Both the position numbers and the translations under genes were made by a program. Below, one piece after another: positions 45,240 through 54,064 of a DNA stretch of 64,000 nt (position 1 is the stretch's first letter; every line of letters begins with the position of its first letter). Below the pieces are notes generated by a model. The model had not been told where the DNA came from. It made no database searches and saw only the letters and a program-made list of their open reading frames with translations. Location of the stretch: sequence record PP885733.1; one strand, written 5' to 3'.

Positions 45240-48200
45240 TTATACAGCTTCTACTTTAAAACGTTGAGTCTCGATAGAACCAGGGTTCTTGTTAGTCTTC
45301 AGCAAGATAGTCATCGGAAGGTTATACGTTTCGCCTTCGTGAACTACTGTCACTGTAACAATAGCATTGGTCTGTAGAGTTGCTTCTAGGTCAGACTTGA
45401 TGGACTTGAATCCATACACGCCTTCAGAGATAGTCACGAATTCAAACATATCTTCGATGTTTGCTTTGTTCGTGTTAACCACTTCGGTCACAGAAGAAGT
45501 GATGTCGGTGGTATCAAGCATCACCTTAAAGGAGATAGGCTTGCTTTCCCAGAGATCCATTTGCAGTACGGTGGTTTGATCAGCCAGCTTCGCAGTTGGT
45601 TTATCTTCACCGATGTTGAACGTAACCTCTGCAGAGTACACCCACTTCACTCGGTCATATTGAACGACCACAGTTAATGGGAACTTCTGAGTTGTCAGGT
45701 TAGGTTCTTCTTTAATGATCTTCCATTTACCGTCTTCACCGATTTCCAGATAAGTGCTCTGGATGGTAGAGATCTTGGTAACGTGATCTGTGATATCTGT
45801 ACCGTCAGCAGTAATGGTCAGGTCGAACGCACCTGTGTCATCAAGGCGAACGTTATAGGTATCCTGGTTAAGGGTAAGCGATGGTTTGGTCTTACCATCG
45901 AGGTACTCAGTAACCTGTACGGTCAGAGAGACTTCCTCACCTTTATAAGCGAGTTTGATGGTGGTTTCGTAATCGTCCCACTCTTCTTCGAGAATACGAG
46001 TAGACTTAACTTTCAGACCAGTCGCATCGAATCCAACTACAGCAAGGTTGCTGTTAGAAACGTAAGCCTTGATACCTTCAGTCGTTGTAGGTAAAGACAC
46101 GCCGTTGAAGTTAAGTGCTGCTTTCAACGTGGTTTCTTTACCAGTACGAACAGTGACCTTAGGATCGGAACTTACCAGGGAGAATGTATTACCCGGTTTC
46201 TTAGCCTGAATATCGAACGTAAACGGATAAGTAATTCCGTCTTCGACGATAAAGCCAGTAACCGTAACAACACCAGCTTCCCCGTCGGATGTGACAGGAA
46301 CGCTATAAGTGAATGCATCTTTCTTAGTAACGTTACCCACGTTGCGACAAGCACCAGATGTGCGAACACGCTGGAAGGTACCGTCTTGCAGATAGTGGTT
46401 AGGATCCATGTAACGACCCTGGATCACAGAGAAGTCAACCACTGTAACTTTACCGTCCTGAGATGCATCGATCGTATTAGCCGGAGTCAATGCCCAAACT
46501 GCCTGTTTAACACCAATAGGTCTTGATGTCAGATCATACACCGTGTTGTTTCTGGCGTCGGTCAGTTTACCGGTCAGAACGAATGAGTCGCCTGTATGAC
46601 CTGTAATGAAGTTCGCTGTGGTGTAGAGAGAACTACCACCGTTAGAGAACCCACCAACTATTTCCAGAGCAGCATGACCGTTAGATGGGTCATTGTTCAG
46701 AACGAGGTTGGTTGCACTGTGGGAAGTGATACTTGCACCTGTGCCACCAGAGATTACACCGCGTACAGAGACCTGACTATTAGGGTCGAGATCCTGAGCG
46801 TTCTCTGGCCACCACGTAGCTACGAGATCTGGGGTACCTGCTGTGATAGTCACATCCATGGCAACGGTATCGCGGTTGGAGGTATCACTCTTCAACTCAG
46901 CGACCATGGTTGGCATGTAACGACCTTCTTCACCGTTCAGGTAGTAGCCGATATCTTCACCAGAGATCAGCCCCAGACGAACACCTACACCGCCCACCGA
47001 CACACGAACACGAGAATCGGCCAGACTGATACGCTCACCGCCTAAGTACATTTCGAAGGTAAGTGTATTAACTGATCCAACGGGACCGGTCAAAGTGTTA
47101 CCAGCGATAGTGCTCTTAAGGATGCTCAGTTTACCTGCGGCATTGATAGAGACCTTATTGGTAGTCCCTGTAACCAGGTCAGTTCCCTCGGTGGTTCCCG
47201 GAGTACCTTTCACTTTATAGAGAATGGTGATGTCGCCAGCATCAACAGTGGAAACACCACGGAAGGTGAACGTCAGTCCATTACCTGGAGAAATACCGGA
47301 GCTCACCAGAGTGATGTTGCTCGCACCTGGACCGGAGAAGCTAACATCGATTTCACCTGGCTCCAACTCGCCCAGCAGACGAGGATAAACCGTATAAGTG
47401 GTTTCTTCATTCACAGCACCTACAATGTGAACAGGTTGCTGTTCTACAACGAACACGTTGCTGTTAAGCGCCGGCTCGATGTTGAAGTTAATCGTTGCGA
47501 GATAAGCCCAGGCTACACCGTTCTGTGTGATACTGAAACCGACCTGAATACTGTCGGTAGCAGGTATTGTTGGTGCGTTGAAGCACGTCCATTTACCTGA
47601 CTCATCGATAGCAACATACTCGCCAGGTGTTTTAGTCACCCAGTTGGTGGCGGTATAGAAGTAATCGATATCACCCGAGGTCACCATGATTGGCAAGTTA
47701 CCTTTCTCGAAGCGTTTCGCAATTACATCACGAACCACCGTCATGGTAGGTTTAGTCTTAGCGGTCTGAGTCACGAGGTTGAAGAACCCTTCACCGTGAT
47801 CTTTACCGTCGTTAACGATCAGCTTCATTTGAGTAGGTAATGCTTCAACACTTGGATCGTGAATTAACTTCACAACCAGAGCTGTTGGTTGAACTGTGAT
47901 CAGTTCCAGATATCCGGCAGGTTCGAAACTGTACATCAGGTTACCGTCAGTCAGAGGAAGGTTTTCACCACCCTGGGTCAGGTTTACGCCGAGGTTTACA
48001 CTTTCATTATACTTGCCAGTTAATGGATCAGTAGTTACAGCAACCGTGATTGGTTTCTCCAGAGGGACATCAACCGTGAAGTCGGCATAGACATCAACCC
48101 AGCGATGGGTGAACCCTTCATACTGTTCAACCAGAGTAAACTTAATCTGTCCTGCTTTACCAGGTACCGCCCCACGCACCACCCCAACGAACGTCCCAGG

Positions 48201-50510
48201 TGAACCTTCCTTAGGAGTAAACTGAGTAACAATGGTCATGTCAGGACCTTGCTGCTGAGCTTCCAGGGTACCGTCTACGTCCGTCAGAACGGATGCAGTT
48301 GTGCGTAGCTGTTTGAAGGTAACTTCAACAGGAACGTCCTCACCTGCGTTAATGGTACTTGGAACAGCAACAGAGGTCATTGGCGTACCAACAGACGTGA
48401 ATGTAATCGGGGTTTCGATTACATACTCGAGACCTTTATAAGTAAAGGTTCCACCGAACTCCACTTCACCAGGCATGTGTCCTACATCGATGTCAACATA
48501 GTAATCGACAGAACGGCCTGCAACATTAGCGATGTTTGGTTTGTTAGCCAGGACAATCCCCGCAGCAGGATCACTTACCAGAGTGAACTTAGAACTGGTC
48601 ACTGAAGACAGAGCAACACCTTTTGACGTCTTAACCTGGAACTGTGGCTGGTTGCTTGCTTTAAGCGGAGTCAGCACAGTTGAACCCAGAGTCGAGAGAG
48701 TCAGCTTATCCTGCTCGATTGTTACTGTCTGAGTGAACGGACGAGAGGAACTTCCGTCAGATTCAGTAACAGTACCGTTGATAACGATATCTTCCAGTTT
48801 ACCATTAGGTACGATGTTGATGCTGAGCTTGCCGTTGTTGATGTCCATCGGAGCCGTGCTTCCACTCGTACCGCCACCAGTTACGGCATACGTATTCAAC
48901 TTACCAGTAACGTCGGCATCTGGAGTCAACCATTTGTCTTGTTTAAAGGTAAGAGAACAGGTATTGGCTGGATCGGTAGTCAGGAGCTTGGTCTTGTCAA
49001 TAGTGACTTTGACCGGAGTACCTGGGGTCGCGAAGGTCTTAGTTGGGATAGTGAAATCCAAACCGGCATGAGTCAGAACCAGATCGATAATGAACGATGC
49101 GTTCAAGTGACCCAGGTTAGCAGAGAGCTGATAGCTACCCGCTTCAGGCAATGCGGTAAGTGTATTGGAATAACCCGCAAGGATGTCTGGTCTGTTCTTA
49201 GGTACAGATTCCATGTTCAGAGTTTTCTTAACCACACCTACGGCTGGTTCACCTTTCTCGTCAGTGATCTTGAGCGTGATGTGGTTAGTGGAAGCACCCA
49301 CCAAATCAGCAGCAGTAGTTACCCATTCAACGTTTAACTGGGCTGGGAGGACAGTTACGTTTTGAGCGTAAGAGGCTCCGGCTTTACCAGATTTGGTAAC
49401 GTTAACCCCAGTTGCGAAATCAACATTAGCGGTACCAGTGTTGGTTCTTAGGATTTTCCAAACAACTGTTGTGTCGGTAGCACTAACAAACTGGAGATCG
49501 CCTGCGACGTTAGCAAAGGTGACATCGGTGTTCTTAGTTGCCACACCATCCACTTCCACATGTACCGTGGTTTCATGTTCGGTACCAGATTTCCCAGTGA
49601 TGCGATCAGGGGCAAGCACCACATCAACCCCAGCACGATACACCTTGGTGTTAAGAGGAACGATCGCCATTTTACTAACAGCTTCACCAGTCTTACCAAA
49701 GTAAAGCGTAGTAGTTCCCTCACCTTTAACTTTGCCACCATCAAAACTGATGGCCAGCTGTTCAGATCCAACCTTGGTTATAACACCAGGGGTACACCCG
49801 AAGTATGTACTATTGGATAACAAGCTGACCTGATTGTTAGAGTTAGGCATCCCACGATAACTAACTGTGAACAGGTAGTTAATAGGTGTCCTGTCACTCA
49901 GAGGAACCATCAGTGTTTCTATTTCGTGAGTAACGGTAGTTTCGCGCCCGTCATACGGAGCCACTCTGAATTCACCGGTGTGTTCTCGAACAATGCCAGC
50001 TGGATCAATTTCCACTGGGAGCTTAAACCTGAAAGTCCCATTAACGATGGTGTCCACCGTATTAACCGGTACCCCAGTCATGTACCACTCAGTGGCGGAA
50101 CCACCAACATCAGCATAAGACTTAAGCCATTCATTAGGTACTAAGGTAACATCCACAAGACGTGAGGTGACGTCTTCTTCTCCCACCATAATGGTGAATG
50201 GAAGATCAGTACCATGAGCCCACATCTTAGTGTTGATTTGTTTTGGCGTAACGGTGTAATCAATTTCGATTACTTTCTGCTTAAAGGTACACGGTACCTT
50301 CACGCGGTGTGTGTTGTTGTAGGTGAATGTGAGATTCAGGTTATACAACGCTTCCTCGGTAACCTCTCCTGTGAATTCATAGGTGATAGAATCATCTTGA
50401 ATAGAAGAGATCTGGACCCCCGGATGAGGGTCCAGTGTAATTACCATAAGAGGATCGTTATTACTGATAACCTGACCATTCGCCATAACACTTGCTTTAA
50501 GCGTGGTCAT
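45240..50510 (-). CDS. Large tandem Ig-like domain protein (1756 aa)
   Basis: Thr/Val/Gly-rich ~100-110 aa repeats (e.g. PF.I...G.D.T; L..G..L...D..L); SD TAAGGA. Confidence 0.8.
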   Translation of the reverse strand: MTTLKASVMANGQVISNNDPLMVITLDPHPGVQISSIQDDSITYEFTGEVTEEALYNLNLTFTYNNTHRVKVPCTFKQKVIEIDYTVTPKQINTKMWAHGTDLPFTIMVGEEDVTSRLVDVTLVPNEWLKSYADVGGSATEWYMTGVPVNTVDTIVNGTFRFKLPVEIDPAGIVREHTGEFRVAPYDGRETTVTHEIETLMVPLSDRTPINYLFTVSYRGMPNSNNQVSLLSNSTYFGCTPGVITKVGSEQLAISFDGGKVKGEGTTTLYFGKTGEAVSKMAIVPLNTKVYRAGVDVVLAPDRITGKSGTEHETTVHVEVDGVATKNTDVTFANVAGDLQFVSATDTTVVWKILRTNTGTANVDFATGVNVTKSGKAGASYAQNVTVLPAQLNVEWVTTAADLVGASTNHITLKITDEKGEPAVGVVKKTLNMESVPKNRPDILAGYSNTLTALPEAGSYQLSANLGHLNASFIIDLVLTHAGLDFTIPTKTFATPGTPVKVTIDKTKLLTTDPANTCSLTFKQDKWLTPDADVTGKLNTYAVTGGGTSGSTAPMDINNGKLSINIVPNGKLEDIVINGTVTESDGSSSRPFTQTVTIEQDKLTLSTLGSTVLTPLKASNQPQFQVKTSKGVALSSVTSSKFTLVSDPAAGIVLANKPNIANVAGRSVDYYVDIDVGHMPGEVEFGGTFTYKGLEYVIETPITFTSVGTPMTSVAVPSTINAGEDVPVEVTFKQLRTTASVLTDVDGTLEAQQQGPDMTIVTQFTPKEGSPGTFVGVVRGAVPGKAGQIKFTLVEQYEGFTHRWVDVYADFTVDVPLEKPITVAVTTDPLTGKYNESVNLGVNLTQGGENLPLTDGNLMYSFEPAGYLELITVQPTALVVKLIHDPSVEALPTQMKLIVNDGKDHGEGFFNLVTQTAKTKPTMTVVRDVIAKRFEKGNLPIMVTSGDIDYFYTATNWVTKTPGEYVAIDESGKWTCFNAPTIPATDSIQVGFSITQNGVAWAYLATINFNIEPALNSNVFVVEQQPVHIVGAVNEETTYTVYPRLLGELEPGEIDVSFSGPGASNITLVSSGISPGNGLTFTFRGVSTVDAGDITILYKVKGTPGTTEGTDLVTGTTNKVSINAAGKLSILKSTIAGNTLTGPVGSVNTLTFEMYLGGERISLADSRVRVSVGGVGVRLGLISGEDIGYYLNGEEGRYMPTMVAELKSDTSNRDTVAMDVTITAGTPDLVATWWPENAQDLDPNSQVSVRGVISGGTGASITSHSATNLVLNNDPSNGHAALEIVGGFSNGGSSLYTTANFITGHTGDSFVLTGKLTDARNNTVYDLTSRPIGVKQAVWALTPANTIDASQDGKVTVVDFSVIQGRYMDPNHYLQDGTFQRVRTSGACRNVGNVTKKDAFTYSVPVTSDGEAGVVTVTGFIVEDGITYPFTFDIQAKKPGNTFSLVSSDPKVTVRTGKETTLKAALNFNGVSLPTTTEGIKAYVSNSNLAVVGFDATGLKVKSTRILEEEWDDYETTIKLAYKGEEVSLTVQVTEYLDGKTKPSLTLNQDTYNVRLDDTGAFDLTITADGTDITDHVTKISTIQSTYLEIGEDGKWKIIKEEPNLTTQKFPLTVVVQYDRVKWVYSAEVTFNIGEDKPTAKLADQTTVLQMDLWESKPISFKVMLDTTDITSSVTEVVNTNKANIEDMFEFVTISEGVYGFKSIKSDLEATLQTNAIVTVTVVHEGETYNLPMTILLKTNKNPGSIETQRFKVEAV

Positions 50511-50524
50511 GTGACAGTCAATCC

Positions 50525-53500
50525 TTATTCAGTTGGTAAAATGGTACTCTGTTTAACAGTCACAGTATTACGGCTGTCGCCCTCAATTGCTGTAACGAAA
50601 TCAGCAGAGAGCTGGAGTTCATCAAACTCTGGTCGCTGAATTGTTTCAAAGGTCATTGAGAATCCATACTCAATGGTTGGAGCATCTTTCTCAGTGAACG
50701 TACCCGTGATAGAAGCTGTTCCGGTCAGCCCAGGAATGGTGATTGGGGTCTTGAACGTATTGGCAGCCACGTTAACAGGAAGCGTAGTTCCATTGGCGTT
50801 ACCAGTCACATTGATTGTTTTAAATACAATCTTGGACAGATCAGCTTCGGCCTGGTTATAATGCAACATGTTCAGATCAAAGACCACATCTACCGAAACG
50901 TTCGGCTTGGCACTGTAAGATTCCTGCCATGGTTCCGCTACTACTTCAGCTTTAGGGACGTTGATCAGGAACTGGTTGAGCACACACAGACCGCCAGGTG
51001 TTGCATTAAACAAGCCCTCTACAGTGAACCCATCTCCCGTATGCCCATTCTTGCTGTTGATAACCCAGGTATTGGCTTTGGTCGAATGAGGGAGTATTTC
51101 AATCCCTTTCTCTATTAAAGCATTCCCATCATTGGGTCTACCGATAACAGTTAATGAGGTATCCGCAACTTGCTTGAATGAGGTAACTGTCTCATTGCTC
51201 GAGGTCTTGAATGACAACTCAATGGTGTTATCTGTACTCGCGATTGGGGTGGTCAGCTGTGTTCCGTTCAAGGTTTTACCAGAAGTGGAATAGGAGTAGT
51301 TTAGCCATACGTTGACTTTCTCCACATAAACTCTGGCTCCGTCTATGAACGTTAATGTCATTTCTGTATAACGAGACTGCGTTATACCCGCGTAGTTTGA
51401 CATCACCTGGGCATACCATCTGGTCTTGTCAGCACCTACATGTTTAAGCGCTATAGGTACGGCACTATTTCCAGGATTATATCCAACACTGAAACGTTTA
51501 TCGTTGGCGGTTAATCTCTCACCATCAACATAAATTTCAGGAGAATAGTTGGCTATGGTGTTAAACCCTACCGAATTAGGGAACCATGGACCACCGTCTG
51601 TCAATCTAATACCATTTCCAGAAGCAATGAACGTGGTGACATAGATGCTAACAACATCTTTCTTGTCAGTAACGCCTGGTTTACCGGAAACCTTATATTT
51701 GAAATCACCATTCAACCTGTTTTGACCGTCCGGCCTGATGGTGACAGTCACAGAACCATCTTCAGATGGAACTTGAGATATAATAGTCCATTTACCATTA
51801 CCGACAGGGGTCAGTGCCGGTGGATCCAACCTCACCAAATCAGTATTAGGTTTTCCGCGATAAGTCGCCCAGAATTTGAAGGTCGTATTTCTACCAGTCA
51901 CACCACTGATATTGCTATCGATTTCGTTCTGTTTTTGAACTACTTTCAACATGACGCCATCCCAAGCGCCAATAACAAATGAACCGTCGAAGGCCAGCGA
52001 TTTGGTTTCACCCTCAACCAGGAGATCAAAAGTATAGTTAACCTTCTCAGTCACTCCAGCGTTAGGTGCATCCCAAATCTCCCACGCACCCAGGTCGTTA
52101 TAAGCAATAACGTTAGCAGTAGGGGTAAATTTGAGATTGGTGATTTCTTGGGTTTTATCAACTCCATCAACCATCACCGCAAACGGAACATCAGAACCAA
52201 CATCGAACACCTTCACGTTCAGAGGTTTTGATACAACCTTGACATCGGCAACATCTTTGAACGTAATAGTAGAGGTGAATGCATAAGCAACACCTTCATA
52301 GGTAATCTGGCCTTTGATAACCGCATCGCCACTGTTACCGGTTGGGGTAATTGGAATCAGATACGTACCGTCGCCTTTGCTGGTGATGGTGCCAATGGCA
52401 GAAGCTTCGCCAGAAACAGACAACCCGCCAAACAGAACGTTGTTCAGCTGAACAAGTTGTTTATCGAACTGAAGTTGTTCAACCTTCATGTTGATAACTT
52501 GCTGATCTGTGTTCGGTGCATCGATCGGACCAGGGACCACCTGAGACATCAGCATTGATGACTGAGGAATCTGGAATACCGCATTCCTCAGAGCCCACTG
52601 TTTACCTGTAGCATCTTCGAACAAACCACCAAGAGTGATGTTGTTACCAGAATGACCGTTGTCCATACTAAATGAACCGGAGCCAGTTACAGGGGTATCG
52701 GTAAGTGCGAAATCGTCATACAGTTTGAGAACAGGCTTATTCCCGTTCATAACAACGTCAAGTTTACCGATCAGTTTCAATCCAGCAGGGGCTGGTTTAT
52801 TGAGAGATACCTGACCGTCAACCAGGGTAAACGTTTGAACGTTATGTTGGGCCGGTAATACCTCGGAAGGATCTTTAACGTTCAGCGTGTTTCCAGTAGT
52901 GGTTCCAGCGATAGTGTACATAGGAACAACTTTGGAGAACTGAGTGTAGCCAGTCGCATCAATATAAATGGATACGTTAACAAACCCACCTGAGTTGTTG
53001 TTAAAGAACCAAGCTTTGTCTTTCTCAACAGACAGTCTGGAGAAACTGTTATTACTGGAAGAACTAAACTTAACACGAGGATCGAGAAGATCTACTTTCT
53101 CGTGACCAATCCTGATGTTAGTAATATCGAGCTTGGAGATATCTCCCAGTTTGGTATCTGTACGCGACGGGGATACGGCTGCTGTAACAGCTTTGGCATA
53201 AACATCCACATACATCCATTGAACCGAACTATAACCCCCTGGGGCACCGCGCTGGAATATAAACTGGTTATAGAACTGCATGCCAGCAGATGCACCACGG
53301 ATGGTTACCGCCAGTCTTTCATTCTCATCGTCATCTTCCTGTTTGACGATGGTTATCCCTCTTCGGTTAGTTCCATCAATAGGAGTTATCCTGGCACCTT
53401 TTTCATATTTACCCATATACGTGGGTTTGAAATATATTACGGTGTCCATTCCCACAGTACACTCGAGAGGGAAACTGATAGGCTCTACTTTGAACCAAAC

Positions 53501-54049
53501 GCCATCCCATCTGGCAATGTTGAATGTAGCCAAAGCTTTAATAGCGAAAGTGTCATCCCCATGAGTCACATTGAAAGCGTACTCAGTATCGCGAACCGTA
53601 GGCTCTACAGTACTCGCGCCTTTAACGCGCCACTTAGGACCGCCTAGACCTTCAATGCTGTCATTAGCAGTGATGACAATGTCACTAATGGACTCTGTAA
53701 TGTCCTCTCCGGGTTCTGGCCCGTAGAAGACTGTAAATGGAATATCAGAACCTTCATCCCAAATCTTAACGGATTTAGGGATGTTAGTCACCTTGAGTAT
53801 CGGGTCATTGACCGTTTGCTCAAAGGTCAAAGGCATGACTAACTTGTGGATACCTTTATAGACGAATGTCAGGTTCAGCGTATAGGTCGCATCCTTGGTA
53901 ACAGCCCCAATAAAAGAGTACGTAATCGTACTCTCTGTTTTATTGGAGATCTGGACGCTCGGGTGAGCGTCCAGTGTGATTACCAATTCAGGATCCAGGT
54001 TGCTAATAGCCTGACCATCTATAGCAAGTGATTGCTTAAGAGTGGTCAT
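50525..54049 (-). CDS. Large tandem Ig-like domain protein (1174 aa)
   Basis: Same repeat families; N-terminal ~80 aa homologous to that of the 1756-aa protein; SD AAGGAA. Confidence 0.8.
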   Translation of the reverse strand: MTTLKQSLAIDGQAISNLDPELVITLDAHPSVQISNKTESTITYSFIGAVTKDATYTLNLTFVYKGIHKLVMPLTFEQTVNDPILKVTNIPKSVKIWDEGSDIPFTVFYGPEPGEDITESISDIVITANDSIEGLGGPKWRVKGASTVEPTVRDTEYAFNVTHGDDTFAIKALATFNIARWDGVWFKVEPISFPLECTVGMDTVIYFKPTYMGKYEKGARITPIDGTNRRGITIVKQEDDDENERLAVTIRGASAGMQFYNQFIFQRGAPGGYSSVQWMYVDVYAKAVTAAVSPSRTDTKLGDISKLDITNIRIGHEKVDLLDPRVKFSSSSNNSFSRLSVEKDKAWFFNNNSGGFVNVSIYIDATGYTQFSKVVPMYTIAGTTTGNTLNVKDPSEVLPAQHNVQTFTLVDGQVSLNKPAPAGLKLIGKLDVVMNGNKPVLKLYDDFALTDTPVTGSGSFSMDNGHSGNNITLGGLFEDATGKQWALRNAVFQIPQSSMLMSQVVPGPIDAPNTDQQVINMKVEQLQFDKQLVQLNNVLFGGLSVSGEASAIGTITSKGDGTYLIPITPTGNSGDAVIKGQITYEGVAYAFTSTITFKDVADVKVVSKPLNVKVFDVGSDVPFAVMVDGVDKTQEITNLKFTPTANVIAYNDLGAWEIWDAPNAGVTEKVNYTFDLLVEGETKSLAFDGSFVIGAWDGVMLKVVQKQNEIDSNISGVTGRNTTFKFWATYRGKPNTDLVRLDPPALTPVGNGKWTIISQVPSEDGSVTVTIRPDGQNRLNGDFKYKVSGKPGVTDKKDVVSIYVTTFIASGNGIRLTDGGPWFPNSVGFNTIANYSPEIYVDGERLTANDKRFSVGYNPGNSAVPIALKHVGADKTRWYAQVMSNYAGITQSRYTEMTLTFIDGARVYVEKVNVWLNYSYSTSGKTLNGTQLTTPIASTDNTIELSFKTSSNETVTSFKQVADTSLTVIGRPNDGNALIEKGIEILPHSTKANTWVINSKNGHTGDGFTVEGLFNATPGGLCVLNQFLINVPKAEVVAEPWQESYSAKPNVSVDVVFDLNMLHYNQAEADLSKIVFKTINVTGNANGTTLPVNVAANTFKTPITIPGLTGTASITGTFTEKDAPTIEYGFSMTFETIQRPEFDELQLSADFVTAIEGDSRNTVTVKQSTILPTE

Positions 54050-54064
54050 TAACCAGTTCCTTTC

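Noticed and set aside
50511-50530. Programmed frameshift fusing the 1174-aa and 1756-aa genes
   Set aside because: No X XXY YYZ slippery heptamer before the stop, and a good SD (TAAGGA) precedes the downstream ATG
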